From contig NW_026515671.1 of the NCBI RefSeq assembly GCF_025526975.1, forward strand, positions 1,674,001 to 1,738,000: a DNA stretch of 64,000 nucleotides. The letters run 5' to 3'. Source of the DNA: Fimicolochytrium jonesii (taxonomy: Eukaryota). The notes beneath the pieces are model-generated. The model did no database searches, had not been told where the DNA came from, and was given only the letters and a program-made list of their open reading frames with translations. Positions 27,920 to 40,402 of this stretch are shown here, in pieces (position 1 is the first letter of the stretch; every line of letters starts with the position of its first letter). A program made the position numbers and the translations under genes.

Positions 27920-29019
27920 GTTTCCTAACGTTCCTTTTCGAAGTCCAGTAGGTGGGATCGCCTGTTGTTTTCGACCCTATTCTTTCTGTTGCTTTTGAAT
28001 AGTATGGGCGAGGTGTGTTTACAGCGCTGAGGTTGCCAGCCTGTGCGGCATTCCTGGTCCAAATAGGGTTCTGCGAAAGACGGCAAAACGCTTGGGATTC
28101 TACGCGAAGACTTTGTAAACGCTCAGAATTGGCAACTCCTTCTACCCCTCTACATCTACATCTACTTCCAACGTATCTATTTGAACACCGACTCGCTGCA
28201 CCGGTCGCCTCGTTCTTCTGTCTCCGTCGATTGTGCTCTGCTAGGAAGAGGCCCATCTGCGCTTTTTCCCTGACAGTTCTCCTTATAACTGCCGTCGCCG
28301 TCCTCTTTCAGCCGCACTTGCTATACTTCCCGCGCAGTGTTCAAGAAACGCTCCCGCCGCTCTCTATTATCAAAATCCACTGAGGCTGCGACCGAGTCAG
28401 CCACGCTGACAGCCGCCGTGCGGAACGCTCTCCAATTCAACCGTGAAGACGAGACCGCCGTTGAAGAGTTTAAGGAGTTTGTGTCTAGGCCCCGCGGTGC
28501 TTATCGGTTGAACACTGGGTTCTTCGGAACTGTAACATATCTCAACCGAAATGTTGGAGGAGGCCAGAGGTGAGCGGATTTGGAGTGCCGATAAAGTTTT
28601 TGCGCTCACTATCCCTTTCCGTCGAGGCTTGTGGCTGCATAATGTATGACTGGAGTGTTTACGGAAGATGGCGACGAGTGAAATCAAATGTGGGGCTGCA
28701 CGTAGGGCTGGTATGCACAGCGTAGTGTACGAGTTCTTGGGAGACGGTCTAGCGCTGTGCTGGTGTCCAGTAGAGCAATGCGGAGTAATGAGCAAGTCAA
28801 TGCCGTTGGTTGTTTAGGCCGAAATTGTTCTCGAACGCATATCATTATTGTAAGATTTTTGACACCAGGTGAAAAACAATACTCTAAATACACTACGGCC
28901 TTTCCCAAAAAGCCCTCGGCTGCTGCTATGGTATGATATCTAGCCACATGCTGTCCACTACCATGCTACATTATTTGAAGATTCGCCTGACTAGTCGTAT
29001 TTCCTTTGCAGAGCCCGCC

Positions 29020-29808
29020 CTATGATGTCAGGTGTTCTGCTGCCGTATCGACCCTCCTCACTTCCGCCATCAGCTTCCTCGCCCTCCACCTTGCCCAGAC
29101 GCCTTTGCCTGCTACATACGCGGTGACAGCGGCATACAGGAGAACTGCCGGTCCCAGACCCAAACTCCACCACAAAAACGTTTTAATCCTCCCCGGTCGA
29201 AGCTTAGTGACAGCGGCGTCCAGTTGGGTGCGCATGTCATCCGGGGTTGCGGAGGAATTGTCGATCAGGATATCAGCGCGCTGGCGCTTCTCGTCGATAG
29301 GCATTTGGGAGGCGATGCGGGATTTGGCGTCGGTCGGCGTGAGCGAGTCCCGGGCTGTGAGCCGTGCGAGTTGAGCTTGTTCCGAGCAATAGACCACCAT
29401 CACTACGTTCACCACCTTCCACAGCCCGGCCTCAAACAGCAATGGCGTATCCAACACACACATCCGCTCTCCCCTCAAAAAGCACTTCAGCGCGCAGTGC
29501 AACATCTCAGCCCTGATATCCGGATGCGTTATTCCATTCAAGACCTTCCGCTGCCGTCCATCTACATCCTCACCCGAGAAAACAATCGCGCCTAGCTTTG
29601 CGCGATCAATTTCTAGTGTTTCTGGGTTTATAATCTGTAGGCCGAAGTGGCGGACAAGGGAATAGTACGCCGGGCGGTGTGGGGCGACGACTTGGCGGGC
29701 GATGAGGTCGGCGTCGATGATGGGAATAGGCGGGGCGGAGTTGGCGAGGTGCTGCGAGGCAGTGGACTTGCCGGTCGCAATCCCGCCCGTAAGGCCGATA
29801 AGAAGCAT
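29020..29808 (-). CDS. CAB5: Dephospho-CoA kinase (DCAKD/Cab5), single exon
   Basis: IGLTGGIATGKST P-loop, IIDADLIAR, LNGITHP, VLDTPLLFE, RIASQMPI, and a hydrophobic C-terminal segment. Confidence 0.95.
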   Translation of the reverse strand: MLLIGLTGGIATGKSTASQHLANSAPPIPIIDADLIARQVVAPHRPAYYSLVRHFGLQIINPETLEIDRAKLGAIVFSGEDVDGRQRKVLNGITHPDIRAEMLHCALKCFLRGERMCVLDTPLLFEAGLWKVVNVVMVVYCSEQAQLARLTARDSLTPTDAKSRIASQMPIDEKRQRADILIDNSSATPDDMRTQLDAAVTKLRPGRIKTFLWWSLGLGPAVLLYAAVTAYVAGKGVWARWRARKLMAEVRRVDTAAEHLTS

Positions 29809-30228
29809 AGCAAGAAAGAATCGAGCTCTGGTTGGGGTTGCCGGAGGTTGAGGATACTGACGATGTCCACTAGTGCCTTATATATAAGGCATGGGGTTTT
29901 AACAAACTTACACACTGCCAGTCCCTGTTCTGGACGGCTCCAACGTTTGCTGATAGTCAGCTGGTGGCCAAGTAAGTGTTGTTGAACGTCGCCGGAGGTA
30001 AGACTTGGACGATGGAGACGATGGCTGGCCGAAGGGGTGACGAATTGCCGAGTTCAAGTTCCGTCCTCTCGTTGGTCGTGGGGGAGGAACGACGAGACAG
30101 CGCGTCGGCGAACATTCCCACGCAAGCCCCACCTTTCCAACAGCCCGACACCCGAGCATCGCTGAGCCGGGCGTTGACAACATACGCCACAAGGGACGTT
30201 CGAGTGTTCGCCGTAGCCATATGATACC

Positions 30229-33200
30229 ATGGAGTCCTCTGATAGTATGTACTCACTCTCCGCAAGCATGGGTGTCACGTTGCTCATTGCTTCTGCCATC
30301 TTCAAGGCGTAGGAAGGAGCAATGCGCAAGCGGGCGCTGTGCCGGGTGGGAATAGCGGTCATATCAGAAAATTAGATGAGAAAGTAGTCAACAGGATTGC
30401 GGCCGGGGAGGTGGGTGAGCATCTTCAAATGTTTTTCGGGAGGTGTGTTTGAACGACGGCGATGGTTGAACGTCTACACTCGTTTGTAGATCATCCACCG
30501 GCCAGCGAATGCGTTGAAGGAGATGATAGAGAATAGTTTGGACGCTGGTGCGACGATGATTCAGATCACGGCTAAGGAAGGGGGTTTGAAATTACTCCAG
30601 GTGCGGGTCGAATGAAGCGACCGGGACAGACCTCGCACGCACCATCAACGGTCGCTAAAATCCGAATTCCAGATCCAAGACAACGGCCACGGCATCCACA
30701 AGGAAGACCTCCCCCTTGTCTGCGAGCGTTTCGCCACCTCCAAACTCGCCAAATACGAAGACCTCTCCCACATCGCCACCTACGGCTTCCGCGGCGAGGC
30801 CCTGGCTAGCATCTCCCACATCGCGCACGTCTGCATCACCACCAAGCGCGACGAGTCCCCCTGCGCGTGGAAGGCCTACTACGCCGACGGGAAGCTTGTA
30901 CCCGCGAAACCGGGAATGAGCGCGGACCCGAAACCGTGTGCGGGGAACAAGGGAACGCAGATTGTGGCGGAGGATTTGTTTTATAATATGCCGACGCGCA
31001 GGAAGGCGTTGAAGAGTGCGAGTGAGGAGTATAATCGGATATTGGATGTGATTCAGCGGTATGCGATACATAATAGTGGGATTAGCTTTACTTGCAAGAA
31101 GGTATGTCGGGATCTGCTCATGTAAATCAGGTAGGAAGGGCGGGGACTCAGAAAGTGTGAAAAGCAAGGAGCAAGCACAGCGGATGTACATACCCCGACG
31201 GCCGCTACCACCCTCGACAACATTCGCTACGTGTACGGAGCGACAATCGCGAAAGAGCTGCTGGAGCTGAAGCACGCGAATGATCACTACGCGTTTGACG
31301 CAAACGGGTATATCTCCAATGCCAACTTCAACACCAAGAAGATGGTCTTTCTGTTGTTCATCAACCGTAAGTTGCGCCATCCCTTACGATTGCGCTTCTC
31401 AAAGTACGCCCAATCACACCCAACTAACCAAAAAAACCCCATCCCCAAGACCGCTCCGTCGACTCCCCCACCCTCAAACGCGCCCTCGAAGCCCTCTACA
31501 CCGAATACCTCCCCCGCGGGACACACCCCTTCGTCTACCTCAGCATGACGATCGCGCCGCAAAACGTGGATGTGAACGTGCACCCTACGAAACGCGAGGT
31601 GCATTTTTTGCATGAGGATAAGATTGTGGAGAGTATTTGTGCGGCCGTGCAGGAGCGGTTGGTGGGGGCTAATCAGAGTAGGACTTTTTTTACGCAGGTA
31701 TGGGGTTCTGGTTGGGGGGTGGGTTTGGAGGAGGGGCTGATTGAGTGGCTTTTGTAGACGTTTTTGACGGGGCAGGGCGCTGTGCCGTCGGATACGATCG
31801 CGGGGCCTCCAAAGCTTGGTACGTAGAAAAACACCGTCTTCCATCTCGTTCGTTGCAGGGTACGAACTCACCAGTCCCTGGGACCACTACGCAGGCAAAA
31901 CCCCCGAGCACAAACTGGTCCGAACCGACAGCCGCAGCCGCACCCTCGACTCGTTCATCACAACCCTCACGGCTTCCTCACCTTCCGTGTCGGCAACCTC
32001 TGCTATTGGGTCGCTTGACAGCGTTGATGAGGGCGATGAGGACGATGATGAGGACGCTGAACAGGCGGGACGGAAACGGCCACGACTGCAAGAAAGCGGG
32101 AGATTCAATACGACACGTACGCTGACACCAACGCGCGGATCAACGGCCTACCCGGACATCACCGCCCTCAACACCGACGACGCAACACAACCCGTAGACG
32201 AAGACCAAGATGATGTGCAGATGGACGTCGCCTACGGCCCCATCTCCCCACCACCACCACCCGCACGAACACGGGAGCGAACGACCACGCGGGATTGCGG
32301 GGCATCGAAACAGATGAGAAGAGCGCCTGTGGAGGTGAAGTTGACGAGTGTGTTGAAGTTGAGGCAGGAGTTTCATCGGGCGGGGCATAAGGGTGGGTAC
32401 CAGGACACTCATTTTTCTGCTTTCCGCTTCGATGTTTTCATTGGCTAAGGGCGTGATGGTACCCATCAGGGCTTACGGAGGTGTTTAGCGAGCATACGTT
32501 TGTGGGGTTTGTGGATGATATGTTGGCGCTTATTCAGTTCCAGACGAAGCTGTTTTTGGTGGATTTTGGTGTTTTGAGGTGAGTTAATGAAAGTCATGGC
32601 GAGTCCGTGGTGTGCCAAATGGTCGTAAGCTCATGCCGTGATCCGAACTCATTCTAGTCGAGAACTATTCTATCAACTGGTCCTCACGGGATTCTCGAAC
32701 TTTGGACACATGCGGCTTTCTGAGCCGGTGCGAATCGCTGATCTCGTTGCGGTGGCTGTAGCTGGCGAGGATACGTCGGCGCTCGGTGACGACCTCATGT
32801 CTCCCGACGAGATCGCTGAGGTAAGCATATGATCATCTCTGCAAGAAAGGCACGTTCGCCCGTCGCTAATCTTCGCCCCCCCCTACAGAGCTGCACACGC
32901 CTCCTCATCTCCCACCGCGAAATGCTCGCGGAATACTTCTCCTTCTCCATCACGGCCACCGGCACGCTCCTTACCCTCCCGGTCCTGCTCCGCGGGTACA
33001 CGCCGCCGTTCCACAAACTCCCCGTCTTCCTATTACGTCTCGCGAGCGAAGTCGTGTGGGATTCCGAGAGGGAGTGCTTTGAGACGTTTGCGAGGGAGTT
33101 GGCGGGGTTCTATGCTGTCGAGCCGCCTGTTGAGTTGGACGGGGGTGGGGTTGGGGATGCAGGGCCTCCGAGGGGCACGCCGAGGGGGATGATGGATGCG

Positions 33201-33350
33201 GTGAGGGCGGAGTATAGGAGGAGTGTGGAGCATGTGGTCTTCCCAGCGTTGAAGGCGCATTTTGTGGCGGGGAGGAGGATGGTGGAGGATGGGAGTGTGG
33301 TGCAGTTGGCGAATTTGCCGGATCTGTATAGGGTCTTTGAAAGGTGTTAG
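30229..33350 (+). CDS. MLH1: DNA mismatch repair protein MLH1, multi-exon
   Basis: [60 protein letters not shown], and the C-terminal LYRVFERC*. Start inferred from an in-phase intron at 30245-30312. Confidence 0.97.
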
Positions 33351-33725
33351 GGAGGGGAACGAACGAAAGCCTCGCGTGTGTGTGTCTTCTGCACGTGTCA
33401 GTTGGGCCTTCACGGGACCGCGCGTTTTTGCTTGTCTCTCTCGAGTCTCTCGCCCAGGACTCCCCCTTCGGCCGGCAAAGAGCAGGCGGAGTGCACCCTC
33501 AACCCAACTGCTCCACTTACGCATACGAGGCCCCAGCAACCACTCCTCTACCGTCACATACACTCCCTCTGTCTTTCCCGATACCGACTGCAGGTGTCCG
33601 CCAGTCACCCGCATTTCGAGCAAAGCACCTCGACCACAACGCGTCCTGCAAACTCCAGCACAAGCCGCACTCCTCCCACCATTCCCCCACATCCCCCGCC
33701 CACCACTCATCCAATCACCAAAAAA

Positions 33726-35142
33726 ATGTCCACCCAGCCGGAAACCTACCTCTCGCGCATCACCTCGATGCGCGCCTCCTTCCTCACCCTCGCGGACCTC
33801 ACCGTCAACGCGGACGACTGGACGACGGTGGCGCTGCTGCAGACGCCGCCGATCCAGGTGCATAAGCGCAAAGACACGAATTTCTGTCTGAGGGTCGTGG
33901 CGGATCTGAACTGCACGCCCGAGTGCGCGTTTGATCTGATGGCGGATATTACGAGGAGGAGGGAGTGGGATGATCTTTGTGAGTTTCTGACTGAGATGAG
34001 CGAGAGGGGTGCGAGGGATAGTGAGTGAGGACAACGGGGGCGTAGAGTCTGAGGGAAGCGAGGCCCAGGGATGGATTGAGGGTTCCGAACGAGGCGAGTC
34101 CGAGTGAAGCGAGTCCGAGGGCGAGGCCAGTGCGCCGGGGGCATCGTTCAACCATCCGCTCCATGTTGGTGGTTATTGATGGGATGCTGGGTTGATGGGT
34201 ATCAATGGGTAGATGGGATGATGGTGGATCCTCGTTGTTGGGGGGGGGAAATGTTCATTGACACTCCTTTTGTGATCCCCTTTTCGTCCAGGCGAAGAAG
34301 CCGGGATAGTAGAAATCATCGACAACGCCACAAAAGTCCAATTCCTTAAAGCCAAAGGCGTCTGGCCCGCCAGCCCGCGCGACACCCTAACCCTCGCCCA
34401 CGTCGAGCAGTAAGATACCGTCCGCCCCATGCCCCGCCATCCTTTCCCGCCCACCACCACCCACTAACACCCCACCCTCTTAGACTCCCCGACGGCCGCT
34501 ACCTCAACATCGCCCAATCCATCTCCCACCCCCGCTACCCTCCCCGCGACGCCGAAGGCATCGTGCGGATGGACGCCAAGATCTCCGGGCAGATCATCGG
34601 GCCTTCACCGGACTGTACGGACGGGAGTATGTGCAGGGTCGTGCAGGTAGCAGATGCGGATTTGAAGGGGTGGATTCCGAAGAGCGTTATCGGGTTCGTT
34701 GGTGAGTATGTGTGTGCCCCCGCCCCATTTTCGAACATGGAATGGCGGGATCTAAATGGGGTTTGTGTGTTGGGGGGCGCTGTACGAAACAGCGACGAAG
34801 AGTCTCCCGAACAGCTTCAAGAAACTGGACTCGATCCTCCGCATCACCGAACAACGCACCGTCTCCGAAGTCATCACCCTTGCCGAATCCGACGAGTCCC
34901 AACCACCCCACCCATCCCTCACTCAACCTCTACCCGATCTCCCCATCCCAACCTCCGTCTCAACAACACCGTCCGCAGCATACCTCCCAGTCGTGGCCGC
35001 GGCACCGGCAGCCAGGAGACGAACGCTCTGGACAAAGTTGAGGAATGTCCTGGATTGGTGGAACCCGTACCTGATCTTCTTCTATTTTCTGTTGAAGGCT
35101 TATAAGCTGGCGACGGGGCGGAAGTTGATTGGCGGCGCGTGA
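33726..35142 (+). CDS. START-domain lipid-binding protein with hydrophobic C-terminal tail, multi-exon
   Basis: RRREWDDLC, KGVWPASPRD, SISHPRYPP...IVRM, VADADLKGWIPKSV, and tail WWNPYLIFFYFLLKAYKL. Confidence 0.85.
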
Positions 35143-35648
35143 GGGGGCGGCCTGTCCTGTCTTTGGGTCTGGGCACGCTGCAACTGTTTCGGATATCATA
35201 CCATGTACATGTTTGTTTTTCAAAATGCATTCACCTGTCTCATTGACTAACGGAAGACTCTCGGTCGGGCAGAGGAGTTTGTGTTCTCACTTTGGTCTCT
35301 CGAATTCAGTAGTAGGCGATTGGTCGCGGAGATCTTCGTGCCTGATCGCTCTCGTATGATCCGGAAGGGCATACTCTCCATAATGGGGCAATGATGGGAG
35401 GACAGAGAGCTCCGAGTTTTCCTTTCGCAAATGGCTCGTTTTTTCATTCTTACAAAGGTAGAGATCGTACACTCCGAGGAGTGTCTACAAGGCTCCAAAA
35501 AGGCGAGAAGACGGTCGGGGAGGACGCCCTGACACGCGGGGTGCCCGTAAATATGTTCGCTAGCTGTGTGGGGGGGGGGGGGGGGGGGGGGGCTCGTGCG
35601 CGGGGGGGGGCAAGGTCTGAAGCGCGCCCGCCATTCGAATCTGTTCCC

Positions 35649-36360
35649 CTAACGGCCCTCCTTCTTGTGCTTCTTGTTCAGCAGCTCCGTCGACTCCTTC
35701 TGCAGCTTGATCGGGTCGTCGTGCTTGCCGTGGTGGTGGCGGTCGGCTTTCACCTGTCAAAAAAGATGAGATGGGATTGAGTGTCGGGGGGGGGGGGGGG
35801 GGGGGGTTTTCTGTAGGATGGTTTTTGGGGGATGATCACGTACCGCAGCCTCGGATGAAGACGCCCGTTCCTCTGCCCACCCGCCGTCTTTGTTGAAATG
35901 GTGCTCGGTGTCTTTCTTTGCGGCTATAATGGGGAAAGGGAAAAAAAAAAAAGAATGATGATGGGAATGACGCGTTAGCCAACCGGGTGAACTCGTAAAA
36001 CCGCAATCGCCAAGAGGGCTCACTCCGCTCGCGGGTGGGCAGACGTCGGCTTTCGGGTCGACACTCGCGCACGTCGCCGGTCTCCCCAGCCCCCGAACCC
36101 AGTCCGGACCCTCGCCCTGCACGCCGGGAAGAAACCGCGCATCGCTATCGGGGGCTCACTCAGTTCCGGCATCCGCAGTTCCCCTTCCCACTCTTTTCCA
36201 AAACCACAACGGCTTCTCGGATGGACGTACGATTGTGGGCCTTCTTGGACGGTGGCGCCTTATCGCTCATATGCGACCCTGATCCCGTCGCCATGCATCG
36301 TGCGGACGATACTAGAGGACGAGCGACGAACGTGCGTTGGAGAGTGCGGACGGCGAACAT
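35649..36360 (-). CDS. Small (~105 aa) probable mitochondrial protein of unknown function, 3 exons
   Basis: Arg-rich presequence-like MFAVRTLQRTFVARPLVSSARCMA; spliced continuation PAKKDTEHHFNKDGGWAEERASSSEAA|VKADRHHHGKHDDPIKLQKESTELLNKKHKKEGR*; all introns GT-AG and in phase. Confidence 0.75.
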
Positions 36361-36464
36361 TATTTGCTGTCGTAAGTTGGGGAAGGTGGAAAGATGAGAA
36401 GTTTTGAGTTTGCGGGGGGGGGTTATGGCGAGGGGGGGTGAAGGGGGGTTATGGCTGGCTGGTA

Positions 36465-36476
36465 GGTATTTATAGG
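36465..36476 (-). promoter_or_regulatory. TATA box candidate for the small mitochondrial protein gene
   Basis: CCTATAAATACC on the minus strand about 105 nt upstream of the ATG at 36360. Confidence 0.45.
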
Positions 36477-37095
36477 GGGAGGATGTTCACCGAGGCATGA
36501 GGGAAAGGGACCGTGCGCGTGACCTCATAATGCGCCTGTGCCCTGTGAAGCCCCTGTTCTAGTCCTTCTGGGCGGACGCGTAACCTTCGCACGAGAGAAG
36601 GGAGAGAGTCCCAGTCGGCCATTGCGTCATTCATTCATGTCCATGGGGGGCGTCGGTTGCTGCGCCCTTCCAAGATAGGTCACAAGTCACGTGCCAACTG
36701 CCTGTCAATCCGCGTTGGGTAAGCACACTCCGACCAGCAACATTGGGTCACCTCCAAACATGGGAAGTTGCTCAGAGTCGGGGTTGGGAAGGTGGAAAAT
36801 GATTCTCGCCTCACTGGCTGCGGACGCAGAAAAAAAGTGCAACTTAACGGCACGACGGCTGATACAGTACGGTTCTCAGCTACGGCAGATGTCGAGGGCT
36901 CTTCAGACCCCGTAATGGGGAAACCCAACGACCAGGTGCGTGAGCCATTGTCCGACTCAATTGACCCTTACTACTATTATTCTATATACACATACACAGC
37001 TATCGAGGCGGAAGGTCAGCAAGTATCAGAAACGGGGGAGTCTAACCCTTTCTTGTAAGGATTCAATCGGGAAACCTCACGGGCGAAACACTCGA

Positions 37096-39447
37096 TCAGC
37101 CCTCCCCACTCCCTCCCACACTCGCCACCTCCCTCCCCTCCTCCCCCTGCTCCTCGTCCCGACTCACAATCTCCGGGAGCACCGCCGTCCCGCCTCCCCC
37201 CGCAGCCACCGCCGGCCACTCCGCAGGCACAACACTGCTCATCAGATGCTGCAGCGTGGCGCTCACCGGCGGCGTGGATGCCGCTGGGTCGTCGCCGTCC
37301 GCATCGTCGTCGTCACGGCCGGCTACACATCGGTGGGAAAACATGCATTTGCTGGCGCGGGATTGGATGGTGGGGTTCAGGGCTTGGTTGACTATGAAGT
37401 GTTTTCGAAGCTCTGTGGAATCGAGACGTGGGATCAGAGGTTGGGAGTCGGGTACTAACTAGCTCAGGGGGTTTAAAAAAAAAATAGAAAATGGGGGCAC
37501 TCACCGGCCTCCCCATGCGCCACAATCGCCGCCGTCAGCAAAATCGCCGACATATACAGCTGCAGCATATACCTCGCCCCACTAAACACCATCGCGCCAA
37601 CCGCAACACACGTCTCCATCGCCAGAACCGCCATCGAATACGGTCCCCTCAGTCCCTGCAGCGTCCCTCGCGACAATATGAAATTGATATGCAGCAGGAA
37701 CACGCTGACCAGCGGTGCCATCAGCCCATACAGATCCGTCGACGTTTCGTAGTTGTCGTCCCACAGCTTCCACGTTTCCACGACGATGAATGCCAAGCCG
37801 ATCTCGAGGGGGGCGCCGAGGATGATACAGCTGAGTTGCTCGCGGCGGGGGTGGGCGGGCCCGAGGCAGGGCAGTTCTTTGATGGCGGCGGCGAGGGCGC
37901 ACCCGAGGGGGACGGTGATCCACATGTGGTAAAGCCAGGGTGTTATTGTGCGGGTGAGGTAGTACTCGCCCGAGGCGGAGAGCACGCTAGAGACGCCGGT
38001 GGAGAGGAAGACGAATTGTTGTTGGCGTTGGGAGATTCTAGAGCTGAAGGTGGCGTACTTGGATTCCCATTCGGAGGCGGGGAACTGTTGCCAGCAGAAA
38101 TGGAGGACGAGGACTTTGATTGTGGACCAGAGGGATTTCAACGCGTTCCTGGCCCTTGTGCGAAACGCGTCGTGGGGGGTATCGCCGTTCGCGGACCCTA
38201 GTTCATGGATATCCCGTAGCTTGCTGCTGTTCTTCGCAGCAGATAGTGTATCCAGAACAAATATCGATTTCCAGCGACTGCTCTCAAATCGAGACTTTTC
38301 AGCCTCGTCCTGCTGTTCCACGGCGGCCGATTCCACCTCCTCCTTGTTGTTGTCGTTGTGATTGTCGAATGATAGCACTTTTCGGCTGCTTTCACCATGG
38401 TGATACCCATTCGCCCCACGCATCTTTTCCGTGCGGAGGATCGATACCGGGCGTACTAAGTTCCCCTTGGCCTTCCGCGGGCTGAGCTTATTCAGGATTT
38501 TGTTCTGGTTGGATTGGTATAAGAGCACAAAATCTTTCTTTTCCTGTATCGTTCGTCTGCAGGACGAATTTTGAGCGTGTGAGAGTGACATCGATTGCGC
38601 GAATCATTCCCGGGTTCCGAAGCCCCCTCACCTCCGATCATCATTCAACAACGTAACCAACTGCGTAAATATCAGCTGCAACGGCACCTGATACCCCCCC
38701 TTCACAAAATCCTCCGTGTGCCAGAGCGCCGTCACAATCGTCCTCACACCCAAAATATACAGCACCGTGACGACCGCCTTATGCATCCACTTGCAATTCA
38801 CCGAGCGCATCGCCACCGCCGTGAGGGCCGCCTCGCCCGGCCCGGCGAGGGAGAAGGCGGCCCGGCTGGGAGTGTAGTGAATGAAGGGGACGTTGATGAG
38901 CCAGATTGTGGCGGTGACGTAGAGGAAGAGGAAGAAAGCGTTGAAGCGGGAGACCCAGGGGCCGGTTTGTGTGCAGGAGATGAGGAGGGCCGTGAAGACG
39001 TTGAAGTACGCGAGCTGCGAATGATCAAAAGAATAAGTCGTGGAGATACGGCGACAGTGCCCGCATGTCTCCCTAGAACGCGATGACCCGCGGGGGTGCT
39101 TACCGCGTAGGGACCATGGACGATGCACATCTTATCGAATAGGGGCAACGCTGGATCCCAATCGGAAGATGCCCTTTGCCAGAAGATCGCCATGATTAAG
39201 CATCCAGCGGTGTAATTTATCACGTTCCGCCGTCGTCGGATGCGTCCTACATGCCGCTCGTACCTATCATCAGAAAGCCCCCAATTGGTTTTCCGTCAGT
39301 TAACAAACCCCAATCCCGGGGCACTTTTTTAGGACCAAAAAGGCAGACCCCCCCCCCCCCCCGAGCGTACCTCTCTTCCATCCCACGATCCAAAAACTCC
39401 GCCGTCCAGCGTGATATGCGATACTCAGTCGCCGCCGCGGTTTCCAT
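37096..39447 (-). CDS. Multi-pass membrane protein with two hydrophobic bundles, multi-exon; start uncertain
   Basis: Two clusters of predicted TM helices separated by a hydrophilic linker, each preceded by a W-x2-3-F-x4-5-E-x2-Y motif; exons join in phase. Confidence 0.65.
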
Positions 39448-40402
39448 ACTGGAAGTGAAAGCGGGGTGCTTTTCTCAACGTAGAACTGCTTGATTGTGCG
39501 TTGTCGTGCATATATCATCTTCGCCCCCAAGCTCGTTTGGGCACCCAAAGAGCTACTGAATTTTTCGGGCTTGGCCACCCGGAACGAACGGGCAGGCAAA
39601 CCAACGGTTGCTTCATAGACGCCACGGTGGGGCAACCTCCCACCCGAGCCTCTGTTTGTCAGACGCCAGGAATAGTACGAGGCATAAGGTTGAGCTGCGC
39701 CTGGTTTTGGGAGTTTGCGGGAAGGAAAGAGCTTAAATGCCTTTGGCGTTGTTGGTTCCGACGGCCCGTCACGAAAGAAACTTCGCGGTGTTCATCCTGG
39801 GTTGTTCTGCTACATCCCGCCGGCGTCAGTCGAAACCCATGTCGGGGTGCTGGTCGGGGTGTGTGTGAATGGCCTCTCTGCTTGTCAAGACGCCTTCTCG
39901 TCGTTGTTCTGGTACTTGTACAGCCATCGTCGAACGGCTTGGGGTTTGGCCTCTGATGGCCATCTTCCCAAGATGGTGGAAACGCCTCACACGCCCGCGC
40001 CCGCTGAGCCCTCTGAGCCCACTGGTATTCTGAACTACTGTACACGACGCCTGCCTCGCGCGATATTGCAGCCGGCACTCATCCGCTACTTCGCTTGCGA
40101 ATGGAGAGGCAGGGATAGTCTCCTCCGTGCCAGAGGGCCCTAAAAAATCATAGTCTGCAAGGCTTTCGCTTAAAGACACCCGCCCTGTTCATCAAATGGA
40201 ATCATATAATCCCACAATGCATATGAAAACGTGCGCTATGAAAACAACCATGGTATGATAAACGAAAGCGCACAAATGACTTCTCCGCGACTACTACTTC
40301 TCCCAAAAAAAAAAGTACTTTCCCGAATCCCTATCTGCGCTACAACGACCGGTGATACTCTCATGTGTGTGGATGGCGTCGTCAAGAAATCCCGGCCCCC
40401 AA

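Noticed and set aside
28015..28950. Gene between CTR9 and dephospho-CoA kinase
   Set aside because: Short frames could not be assembled into a stop-free spliced model.
33033..34151. 372-aa minus-strand ORF and similar long antisense ORFs
   Set aside because: Shadow frames of MLH1 and the START gene caused by high GC content.
35649..36360. ATPase inhibitor IF1/INH1
   Set aside because: Size and presequence fit, but the GxxFxKRExAxE-type inhibitory motif is absent.
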